From positions 1 through 12,949 of the forward strand of contig JBFRWN010000036.1 in the NCBI GenBank assembly GCA_051439605.1: 12,949 nucleotides of DNA, in the 5' to 3' direction. The stretch is from Synechococcus sp. (lineage in GTDB: Bacteria > Cyanobacteriota > Cyanobacteriia > Thermostichales > PCC-7336). The notes beneath the pieces were generated by a model. It ran no database searches. It was not told the DNA's origin and worked only from the letters and a program-made list of their open reading frames with translations. Of this stretch, positions 1 through 7,527 are shown piece after piece. The first letter of the stretch is position 1. Every line of letters begins with the position of its first letter. A program made the position numbers and the translations under genes.

Positions 1-74
1 TGCTTGCCGTTATGGATACGACCATTCTTGACAATATCTTCGGAGTCACAGCTCGGGCAAGTCGGTTTTAACAT
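1..74 (-). CDS. IS1-family transposase (InsA zinc-ribbon N-terminus), partial
   Basis: Manual translation from ATG 74: MLKPTCPSCDSEDIVKNGRIHNGK..., the CPxCxSxxIVKNG...GKQ InsA signature. Not in the ORF track; intactness cannot be judged. Confidence 0.85.
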   Translation of the reverse strand, partial: MLKPTCPSCDSEDIVKNGRIHNGK

Positions 75-126
75 TACTGGCTCACGATAGCTAAATGATC
101 CCTATCCTTACATTCGGTGGACTACC
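1..126 (-). mobile_element. Left end of an IS1-family insertion sequence, continuing off the window
   Basis: The minus strand begins GGTAGTCCACCGAATGTAAGG at 126, matching the GGT(A/G)-type start of IS1-family terminal repeats, 52 nt upstream of an InsA-like ORF. The other end is outside the window. Confidence 0.75.
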
Positions 127-477
127 AAGTATCGTTCAGTCGGAGCGATATTTCTCTATTTTGGATTTCAGTGAGTTTCATTCATGGGATGGTAATTCCA
201 CTGGAGTGGAGGAGAATGCCTTTTCAGTGCGGTTTTTTATCCTTCAGAGTCGCTTTCAGGACTGATGAGCTTGGGGCTAAACACTGAACTTTCTCAAGGT
301 ATTGCTCGCAAATGCTTTTGATTGTTTTGCGCTAGCTCAGGGAACGATGAAAGATGATTCCGAAAAGTGAATTATGGTATACAAACAGTAACAAGACACC
401 GCAACTGCTGGGGTAGTACAGGCTACGCCCGTTCCCTTGCAAATAGCAATACATCTCCCACACGGACGGTAGGGATT

Positions 478-2199
478 ATGGTTGACCTCAGCGACGCATG
501 CCAATTTAGATCGCTGTTGATTGTGGATGATTGCGGGGATGATAGGGCTGCTTATCAGCATTACCTGGCAAAAGATTCCCTTCAGTCCTACCAAATTCTG
601 GAGGTAGATTCAGCAGAAGAAGGATTGCTGCTGCTGAGAGATCGTTCGTTCGACCTCGTGCTGCTGGATTTCAAATTACCGGGCATGAGCGGCATTGAAA
701 TGCTGGAAATAATGGGGAAGGACTATCCCCACGTTCCCGTCATATTTTTATCTGCTTACGGGAATGAAGAGCTAGCTGTTCGAGCCATGAAGCAGGGGGT
801 GTCGGACTATTTGCCCAAAAACTCTCTCACGGCAAAGATATTGCAGATGGCAGTCCGCAATGCCATCGAACAGGCTCGCCTGCAAACTGCCCTCGAACGC
901 GCCCGCGATCGCCAACGGCTACTGGGGGCTACAGCACTGCGCATTCGCCAGTCCCTCGATCGCGAAGATATCTTGTCCGCTGCAGTAGGTGGTGTTAAGC
1001 AGTTGCTTGGCAGCGACCGAGCCCTGGTTTGTGAATTTGACGAAGAGAACAGCATCAATGTGGTCGCTGAATCAGTGGGCCCCGATTGGCGGCCGATGCT
1101 TGGGCACCAGCAGATTCATTTCAGCTTACCGATTGGCAATGGGATAGATCGTTGGCAGTTTTATCGCCAGTCAATTGCCAATGCCAAAACGGCCGCACTT
1201 CCCTCCCGTGACCGTGACTTCCTGCGCCGGTATGCTGTGGAAGCCAGCATGTCCGTGCCTATTGTCTTGAGCAGAGTGGACGATGATGCCATCACGCAAC
1301 ACCCATGGGGGGTGTTGATCGTTCATCAATGTTCAGGTCCTAGACAGTGGAATCCAGAGGATTTCGATACCCTCAACGAGCTTTCGGTGCAATTGGCAAT
1401 TGCCATTCAGCAGTCTGAATTACTGAATGGAACTCGGCAGGCGTTGGAAGAACAGAAATGTTTAAATGCCTTCAAATCCAAAATCATCGATACGGTTTCT
1501 CACGAGTATCGCACCCCCCTAACGGGTATTTTGACAGCGGCTTCCACCCTCAAACAGCACGGCGATCGCCTAGAGTTGTCCATGCGCGAACGATGTCTTC
1601 AAATTATTGAGCAGCGGGCGCGGCATTTAGCCTGCCTCGTCGATGACATGCTCTTTGCCAGCCAAACGCAGCATCAGCTGGAGTCTTTCCAGCCTTGCCT
1701 GCTTGACCCCGAACATTTCTTTGCCGAGATTCTGGAAGAGCGCAAAGTGGCTGCCAGTACTAACCACCGCATTGTTCTCAACGTTCGCGACGATTCCGCA
1801 GGTTTTTGGGGCGATCGCAACATTCTGCGTCAGCTATTCGGTAATCTGGTGTCGAATGCCATTAAATATTCGCCGAACGGTGGGGCGATCGATATTCAGG
1901 TGCAAGGGGCTGGCGAGTGGATCGAGGTATCCGTCACGGACAGCGGTATAGGCATTCCTGAACAGGATTTAGAGACGCTATATCAGGCTTTCAGCCGCGG
2001 TAGCAATGTTGGCACCATTTCAGGGACTGGCTTGGGAATGGCCACCGTCAAAGCTTGTGTCGAGATGCATGACGGGTGGGTCTCTATCCAGAGCCAAGAG
2101 GGTCAAGGGACTACCGTGGCGATCGGCTTACCCCGTCAGAAAACCACAATGCTGGAAACTCCCGAGGACTCGCAGACAAACATCGAACTAGCGTCCTAA
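478..2199 (+). CDS. Hybrid sensor histidine kinase (REC-GAF-HisKA-HATPase_c), about 573 aa
   Basis: Receiver: LLIVDD, VLLDFKLP, FLSAYG, DYLPK. GAF: IRQSLD...DRALV...WGVLIVHQCSGPRQW. Kinase: H-box VSHEYRTPL, NLVSNAIKYS, DSGIGIP, GTGLG. ATG 478 is preferred over GTG 367 because the receiver begins right after it. Confidence 0.93.
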   Translation: MVDLSDACQFRSLLIVDDCGDDRAAYQHYLAKDSLQSYQILEVDSAEEGLLLLRDRSFDLVLLDFKLPGMSGIEMLEIMGKDYPHVPVIFLSAYGNEELAVRAMKQGVSDYLPKNSLTAKILQMAVRNAIEQARLQTALERARDRQRLLGATALRIRQSLDREDILSAAVGGVKQLLGSDRALVCEFDEENSINVVAESVGPDWRPMLGHQQIHFSLPIGNGIDRWQFYRQSIANAKTAALPSRDRDFLRRYAVEASMSVPIVLSRVDDDAITQHPWGVLIVHQCSGPRQWNPEDFDTLNELSVQLAIAIQQSELLNGTRQALEEQKCLNAFKSKIIDTVSHEYRTPLTGILTAASTLKQHGDRLELSMRERCLQIIEQRARHLACLVDDMLFASQTQHQLESFQPCLLDPEHFFAEILEERKVAASTNHRIVLNVRDDSAGFWGDRNILRQLFGNLVSNAIKYSPNGGAIDIQVQGAGEWIEVSVTDSGIGIPEQDLETLYQAFSRGSNVGTISGTGLGMATVKACVEMHDGWVSIQSQEGQGTTVAIGLPRQKTTMLETPEDSQTNIELAS

Positions 2200-2244
2200 C
2201 TGTCTTTCGACGCTAATTCCGTTGAAGCTGTTTGGGGAAGTCGA

Positions 2245-2490
2245 TTAACGGGAGGAGCTGAGGGATTGCACCGCAGCTTGAATGGGGCGGCTGCGCTTGC
2301 CAAAAATACCAACGAACACAACTGCACAGCAGATGCCGGCGACCAATGCCCCCATCAAGACCAACCCCAAGGGCAGTCGAACCGAACTGAACCGGAACAA
2401 TTGGAGAGTAACCGTTGTGGTGTTTTGAGCGGCAAAAATGGTTACGACAAGGAGAGCTAAACACCCCAATAGCATTTGTAGAAAACGCAC
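2245..2490 (-). CDS. LapA (DUF1049)-family small membrane protein, 81 aa
   Basis: Two hydrophobic helices around FAAQN...V.L.LF...LPLGLVL, with a basic tail; GAGG upstream of the GTG start. Confidence 0.8.
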   Translation of the reverse strand: MRFLQMLLGCLALLVVTIFAAQNTTTVTLQLFRFSSVRLPLGLVLMGALVAGICCAVVFVGIFGKRSRPIQAAVQSLSSSR

Positions 2491-2817
2491 GATTATCCTC
2501 CAAAGCCGTTCTATCGCTGTTTTAACAACAGAGAGGACAGCAAGAACTGGGCAACTTCATCACTTTATTTTGAGGGTTTCCTTTCTTATACAGAAGCATA
2601 CATTCAGATCGCAATCATCAAGACCTGTGGCTGAATATTTGGCCGAATAATTTGATGGAAATGGCTTTCCTGATAATCTGCAAGTAGATTCAAGATTTGA
2701 GTGGCTCCTGTTATCTCCTTGAGAAAAACAAGCAAGAGTTAGGGCGCCTCAAATCTTTTGCACAATAGTCCCAAGACAACGAGATTCTTTGAAATTTGAA
2801 ATCATCCAACTCAGGTG

Positions 2818-3786
2818 CTACTTGTTCGGCGGCTGACAATCTCCCCCCAGGCCATTGACGATTATGCAGGTGTTGTACTGCAACATGCCCTGATAGCTGC
2901 CTTCAGGGGAGCCTTGCCGACCAATACCGTCGGCAATTAAGACATCTTCAGAAATCTCTACACCTGCCTCATTGGCCACTGCCTGCAAAACGCGATCGTT
3001 GGTGGTCAATTCCGCAAACAGAGTGGGCACTCCAATCGTGCGAATATTTTTGACGAGATCGCGTACCCGTGATGCCGTAGGTTCTTCTTCGGGGGATAGC
3101 CCCAACAACGTCCCTGCCACGGTTAAGCCGTAGGCGCGGGAGTAGTAGCTCATGGCGTCATGGGTGGTCACCAGCTGCCGCTGCGGCTCGGGAATCGTTT
3201 GAATTTGGGCTGCGATCCATGCATCAAGCTCGGCCAAATCCGCCAGCAGCGCTCCAGCCCTTTCGTCGTAGATTTCTTTGTTCTCAGGCAGCAGTTCAGA
3301 CAGACTGTCATTTAACAGGTCCACCATGCGCATGCCATTTTCCACATCGTGCCAAATGTGCGGATCGGGCACCGGCTCATTCTCGGAATTGTACTCAATC
3401 AAGTTCTGAACAGATTGTTCGTGCACAGGCACTTTGAGGGAGGAATTTGAGGTGGCTTGCACCATGCGAATAATGGAAGGCTCAAAGTTCATTCCGGCAT
3501 ACAGCACCGCATCTGCTTGTTCGATGGCGCGGCGATCGGAAGGGGTGCCCTCATAGGTGTGGGGATCTTGGTCGTGGGAAATTAAGCAATTGAGATTAAC
3601 GGAATCCGCCGCTATTTGTTCCACTAGATCGCACAGCACGCTATAGGAGGCAACCACCAGCGGCGTATCTGACTTAGCATCAAACGTGGTTTCAGAGGTG
3701 CTGCTACACCCTACTGCCAGAGCCAAAGACAGGCCTGCAGCGATCGCTGCAGATAGGGATTTCCAGCGGGTTGGAATTGAGTTCAT
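2818..3786 (-). CDS. mntC: Mn/Zn ABC transporter substrate-binding lipoprotein (cluster A-I, TroA/MntC type), about 322 aa
   Basis: Signal peptide ending LAVGC; ligand motifs DPHTYE, DPHIWH, TTHDAM, LIADG. Start ATG 3786; the ORF-track extension to 3963 runs into a repeat element. Mn specificity is inferred from the ManR-like boxes. Confidence 0.88.
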   Translation of the reverse strand: MNSIPTRWKSLSAAIAAGLSLALAVGCSSTSETTFDAKSDTPLVVASYSVLCDLVEQIAADSVNLNCLISHDQDPHTYEGTPSDRRAIEQADAVLYAGMNFEPSIIRMVQATSNSSLKVPVHEQSVQNLIEYNSENEPVPDPHIWHDVENGMRMVDLLNDSLSELLPENKEIYDERAGALLADLAELDAWIAAQIQTIPEPQRQLVTTHDAMSYYSRAYGLTVAGTLLGLSPEEEPTASRVRDLVKNIRTIGVPTLFAELTTNDRVLQAVANEAGVEISEDVLIADGIGRQGSPEGSYQGMLQYNTCIIVNGLGGDCQPPNK

Positions 3787-3857
3787 AAACCTACTCTCTA
3801 GCAGTGCAGCCTTGTAAAAGACAGTCTTGAGTTTGAAGCCTCGCAGCATCGTAACCA

Positions 3858-3990
3858 CCCTGAGTTCGATGACCCTCTCCCCTAGCCCCTCTCCCGGCTC
3901 GGGAAAGGGGAACAAGAGCCTCGAATACCTATGTTTTCGTTCTAGACATTGTTTATTTTGCATGAGTGGCCAATACTATCGAACTGACGT
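3858..3990. mobile_element. MITE-like element, 133 bp
   Basis: Imperfect terminal inverted repeats CCCTGAGTTCGAT (3858-3870) and ATCGAACTGACGT (3978-3990), 10/13 matching; flanking direct repeat TAACCA (3852-3857) / CAACCA (3991-3996); internal hairpin CCCCTCTCCCG-GCT-CGGGAAAGGGG (3886-3910). Confidence 0.65.
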
Positions 3991-4169
3991 CAACCATGAG
4001 TTCAATCGGTTTGCCTTATCGGAGACTCTAAGGGGTCAAATTGCGTTAACGATTGACCGCTATTGCAAATTTTCGATCTCCTCAGCACCCTGAATCGAGC
4101 TTGTCTGCAAGATTGCTTAACAAACCGAGCGAGCCCTCTGCCGGTCTACTGTACGGACATTCAGGTGCT

Positions 4170-4190
4170 TTTCACAATCCTTTCATTTTT
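4170..4190. promoter_or_regulatory. ManR-like binding box 1
   Basis: TTTCACAATCCTTTCATTTTT; the reverse strand reads AATGAAAG-GAT-TGTGAAAA, an 11-bp-period direct repeat resembling the cyanobacterial ManR site (recalled as TATGAAAA-GAA-TATGAGAA). Confidence 0.75.
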
Positions 4191-4235
4191 ATTCTCCATG
4201 ATGGAGATAGTTCTGATATGCTGTCATCAACAGCG

Positions 4236-4256
4236 TTTCACAATCCTTTCATTTTT
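4236..4256. promoter_or_regulatory. ManR-like binding box 2, abutting the mntA ribosome-binding site
   Basis: Identical 21-bp copy of box 1, offset by 66 bp, followed directly by GAGG (4257-4260) and the GTG at 4268. Confidence 0.75.
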
Positions 4257-4267
4257 GAGGCATTGCC

Positions 4268-4987
4268 GTGCTGAAGGTCGATCATCTATCCGTGCAATAC
4301 CGTGGCATCCAGGCCCTCGAGGATGTCAACTTTGCGACGGATGCCGGTCAGGTGGTGGGGGTACTAGGCCCCAACGGGGCCGGGAAAAGCACCATGCTCA
4401 AAGCCATGCTTGGGCTGATCGAGTCTAGCCAAGGCTCAATCTTGCTGGACGATCGCCCTTTAACTCGCCAACGGTCTCGCGTGGCCTACGTCCCCCAACA
4501 GTCCCAAATTGATTGGGACTATCCCATCTCCGTTTGGAACTTTGTTATGACCGCCCAAACGGTGGATACTGGGCTATTTCGACGTCCGGGCAAGGCGGCC
4601 CGCATGTTGGCGGCCGAGGCATTAGAGCGGGTGGATGTGGCCGACCTCCGCGATCGCCCCATCAGCGATTTATCTGGTGGACAGCGGCAGCGGGTGTTTT
4701 TGGCGCGGGCACTGGCCAAGCAAGCCGATGTATTCTTCTTGGACGAACCCTTTACCGGCGTGGATCGCAAAACCGAAAACATCATTTTCGCTATTTTTCG
4801 CGAGTTAAAGCAGAAGGCTAAAACCCTGTTAGTGGTCCATCATGACTTAGGGGAAAGCCTCAATAATTACGATCGCCTAGTGCTGCTTAACAAGCAGCTA
4901 GTAGCCATCGGTTCAAAGTCAGAAGTCATGACAGTAGACAATCTGGCCCGCGCCTACGGACAGCCGTTGCAATTGGCTGCCGCCTAA
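4268..4987 (+). CDS. mntA: Mn/Zn ABC transporter ATP-binding protein, 239 aa
   Basis: Walker A GPNGAGKS, YVPQ, LSGGQRQR, Walker B FFLDEPF, H-loop VVHHD; GAGG upstream. Confidence 0.93.
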   Translation: MLKVDHLSVQYRGIQALEDVNFATDAGQVVGVLGPNGAGKSTMLKAMLGLIESSQGSILLDDRPLTRQRSRVAYVPQQSQIDWDYPISVWNFVMTAQTVDTGLFRRPGKAARMLAAEALERVDVADLRDRPISDLSGGQRQRVFLARALAKQADVFFLDEPFTGVDRKTENIIFAIFRELKQKAKTLLVVHHDLGESLNNYDRLVLLNKQLVAIGSKSEVMTVDNLARAYGQPLQLAAA

Positions 4988-5036
4988 TTTGAGCAGACCG
5001 ACTTTCGTCAGGGACTATCCTCATCATTTCTTTTAA

Positions 5037-5063
5037 AGGCCGGGGCTAGCGAAGTCCCGGTCT
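5037..5063 (+). other. Intercistronic stem-loop between mntA and mntB
   Basis: AGGCCGGGGCT-AGCGA-AGTCCCGGTCT, an 11-bp stem with two G-U pairs and only a weak U-tract. Confidence 0.5.
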
Positions 5064-5096
5064 CAATCTTTGATGTTGCATGGAAACACCGTTCAC

Positions 5097-5984
5097 ATGG
5101 ACTGGATAGTAGCCCCCCTTCAATTGGAATTTATGCGCACGGCGATCGCCATCGGGGTGATGCTCGGCATTCTTTGCTCGGTGGTGGGCAGCTTTATGTT
5201 GGTGCGGCAAATGGGTATGTTGGGGGACGCTATTTCCCACTCTGTCCTGGCCGGATTGCCAGTGGCTTATGTCCTGGGACTACCGCTTTCTGTTGGGGCA
5301 GTGGTGGCGGGGGTGCTCAGTGCCCTGATGCTGGCTTGGATTGAATCCAACTCTAAGCTCAAAATCGACACCGTCATGGCGCTGATTCTGTCGACGTTTT
5401 TGGCCATTGGGGTCACGTTGGTCAGCGTGCTACCGGGGGCCAATCGGATTGACCTAATTCACGTCCTGTTTGGCAATATTTTGGGGGTGACCCGGGGGGA
5501 ACTGTGGTTGACGGTGGCGATCGCCGTTTCCATTTGCCTCGTTACCGCGCTGTTTTACAAAGAGCTGCTGATCTATAGTCTTGACCCTGTGGGGGCACAG
5601 GCCGCCGGTTTACCAGTGCGCTGGTACTATGCTGGAAGCATTACTGCGATTACCTTGACTGTGGTAGCAAGCTTGCAAACGGTGGGGATCCTGCTGGTCA
5701 TAGCCATGTTGGTGGGACCAGCCATGACCGCCTATCTGCTGGTTAAAGAGTTGCATGAAATGATGCTGTGGGGGGCGGCGATCGGTGCCTCTGCCAGCGT
5801 GACGGGCATGTATGCCAGTTACTATCTGGACGTGCCTTCTGGGGCGGCAATTGTACTGATGGTGTTTGCCTTTTTCTTCCTCGCATTCTTGTTCAGTCCT
5901 TCGCAAGGACTGCTCACCCAACCCAGCAGCCGTCAACGGGCGATAAGAATGCTGCAGGGATTTGCTATTTGGTTCAATCGCTAG
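5097..5984 (+). CDS. mntB: Mn/Zn ABC transporter permease (ABC-3 family), about 295 aa
   Basis: MLGDAISHSVLAG, LFGNILGV, SLQTVGILLVIAMLVGP, DVPSGAAIVL; polytopic. ATG 5097 preferred; upstream starts at 5070/5073 are possible. Confidence 0.92.
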   Translation: MDWIVAPLQLEFMRTAIAIGVMLGILCSVVGSFMLVRQMGMLGDAISHSVLAGLPVAYVLGLPLSVGAVVAGVLSALMLAWIESNSKLKIDTVMALILSTFLAIGVTLVSVLPGANRIDLIHVLFGNILGVTRGELWLTVAIAVSICLVTALFYKELLIYSLDPVGAQAAGLPVRWYYAGSITAITLTVVASLQTVGILLVIAMLVGPAMTAYLLVKELHEMMLWGAAIGASASVTGMYASYYLDVPSGAAIVLMVFAFFFLAFLFSPSQGLLTQPSSRQRAIRMLQGFAIWFNR

Positions 5985-6103
5985 CCTGCTCCACCACGGT
6001 TTGTCGCACCAATTATCGATCGATCTCTACGGGCAAACAGCTAGAATTTTGACATTGTTCCCATCAACCCATGACCCGTCGGCTCAGCTATCGACGATCG
6101 CGA

Positions 6104-7369
6104 ATGTCCCTTTGCATCTCCAGATTTACTCGACTCTCTCCCCTGTTAATTTTGGTTGCGATCGCTGCTTGTGCTGGCCCAACAGCTGAACAGTCCGGGA
6201 CCGAACCTCCTCTTGGGGAAACTAGGGAACCCGAGTCCAACGAGGAGCTAAGGGCAGATCGCAGCGATCCGGTGTTCGATCTTGATGACGCAGACCCTGA
6301 AACCTTACCCAACCGAACCTACAGCCAAAACTTCATTGCGGATGCTGCTCAGATAGTGGCACCGGCTGTAGTACAAATCGAGCCGATCGCGGCGGATGAG
6401 CCAAGCTCAGATAGCTCTGACTCTCTGCGGCGATTTTTCGAAGACTTTATCCCCGATCCCGAGCGAAGAGATAACAATCCCTTCAATCCCCGACGCGAAG
6501 GAGGGGGCTCGGGTTCTGGCTTCATCATCGACAAAAGCGGCACTCTCGTGACGAACGCCCACGTGGTGGGGGAATCTCAGAAGGTTAACGCAATGTTGCC
6601 GGATGGTCGCGAATTAGAGGGGATCGTTCTTGGACAAGATGAATTGACGGATCTCGCAGTCATCCAACTAGTGACTGATGAGGAACTACCCACCGTTCAG
6701 TTTGGCAATTCCAGCCTGCTGCGTCCTGGGGAATGGGTGATTGCCCTTGGGAGTCCACTGGGACTCAGCAATAGTCTGACCGCCGGTATTATTAGTGCTC
6801 TGGGGCGAACCAGCCAGGAGATTCGCGTCGGCGATCGCCGAATTGACTTTATCCAAACGGATGCAGCCATCAACCCTGGCAACTCTGGTGGCCCGCTGAT
6901 CGACATCGACGGCAAAGTGGTGGGCATCAACACGGCCATCATTCGCGGTGCAGAGGGCATTGGATTTGCCATCCCCGTTAACGAAGCGCAAATTGTTATC
7001 GATCAGCTGATTTCCTCTGGTAAAGTGGTGCGCTCGTTTGTAGGCATTCGCATGAATACTCTAGATGAGGATCTGCTGGAATCACTGGCCGAGGTCCCTT
7101 CGGCCGAGCGGCTCGAAATTGACCCCGCTGTGGGAACTGGGGTCTTGATTCTGGACGTGTTGGAGCCCTCTCCCGCCCAACAGGCCGGACTGCAGTCGGG
7201 GGATGTGATTTTAGCGCTGGACGGAGATCCGGTCACCACCGCAGATGAAGTCCAAAACCATATTTCCGGGCGTCCGGTGGGTGCTAGCGTCGATTTCCGC
7301 ATCAACAGAAACGGTGAGGAATTAACCCTTACCGTCACCACTCAGGAATTGCAGAAGCAGTTTGGCTAA
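6104..7369 (+). CDS. HtrA/Deg (HhoA/HhoB-like) serine protease with one PDZ domain, probable lipoprotein
   Basis: GSGFII, TNAHVV, DLAVI, IQTDAAINPGNSGGPL; C-terminal PDZ (SPAQQAGLQSGDVI); lipobox IAAC. Alternative ATG at 6071. Confidence 0.92.
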   Translation: MSLCISRFTRLSPLLILVAIAACAGPTAEQSGTEPPLGETREPESNEELRADRSDPVFDLDDADPETLPNRTYSQNFIADAAQIVAPAVVQIEPIAADEPSSDSSDSLRRFFEDFIPDPERRDNNPFNPRREGGGSGSGFIIDKSGTLVTNAHVVGESQKVNAMLPDGRELEGIVLGQDELTDLAVIQLVTDEELPTVQFGNSSLLRPGEWVIALGSPLGLSNSLTAGIISALGRTSQEIRVGDRRIDFIQTDAAINPGNSGGPLIDIDGKVVGINTAIIRGAEGIGFAIPVNEAQIVIDQLISSGKVVRSFVGIRMNTLDEDLLESLAEVPSAERLEIDPAVGTGVLILDVLEPSPAQQAGLQSGDVILALDGDPVTTADEVQNHISGRPVGASVDFRINRNGEELTLTVTTQELQKQFG

Positions 7370-7392
7370 ATCAAGTTTGTACTTCTGCCCTT

Positions 7393-7431
7393 CAGGATGG
7401 GGGGCTGAATTTTCCAGCCCTTCCTATCTTG
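7393..7431. terminator. Putative terminator hairpin between the convergent protease gene and frr
   Basis: CAGGATGGGGGGCTG-AATTTTC-CAGCCCTTCCTATCTTG, an imperfect stem starting 24 nt after the protease stop codon. Confidence 0.5.
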
Positions 7432-7527
7432 TTAGAACAGCAAACGTTAGTCTAAGTCAGAGATTTGGATAGCTGAAATAAACCAAGCAACTTTAACGAT
7501 CGCTATATAGCAGCCACCCATAGCAAG

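Noticed and set aside
413..426. GTA-N8-TAC NtcA-like site upstream of the kinase
   Set aside because: Lacks TGTA/TACA flanks and a properly spaced TAN3T element; a few such 6-bp matches are expected by chance in 13 kb.
367..477. 37-aa N-terminal extension of the kinase in the ORF track
   Set aside because: No domain character; the receiver begins after ATG 478.
2182..2194. ATCGAACTAGCGT, similar to the MITE right end
   Set aside because: Lies inside the kinase coding sequence with no partner end or target duplication.
3787..3963. 59-aa N-terminal extension of the binding protein, and ORF 3827..4093
   Set aside because: Both read through the MITE hairpin; the signal peptide begins at 3786.
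4170..4256. Minimal CRISPR array interpretation of the 21-bp repeat pair
   Set aside because: Only two short non-palindromic repeats, no cas genes, and a better fit to a ManR-type operator.
4053..4428. ORFs 4053..4274 (repeated AFHNPFIF) and 4063..4428
   Set aside because: The peptide repeat is a by-product of the duplicated DNA boxes 66 bp apart.
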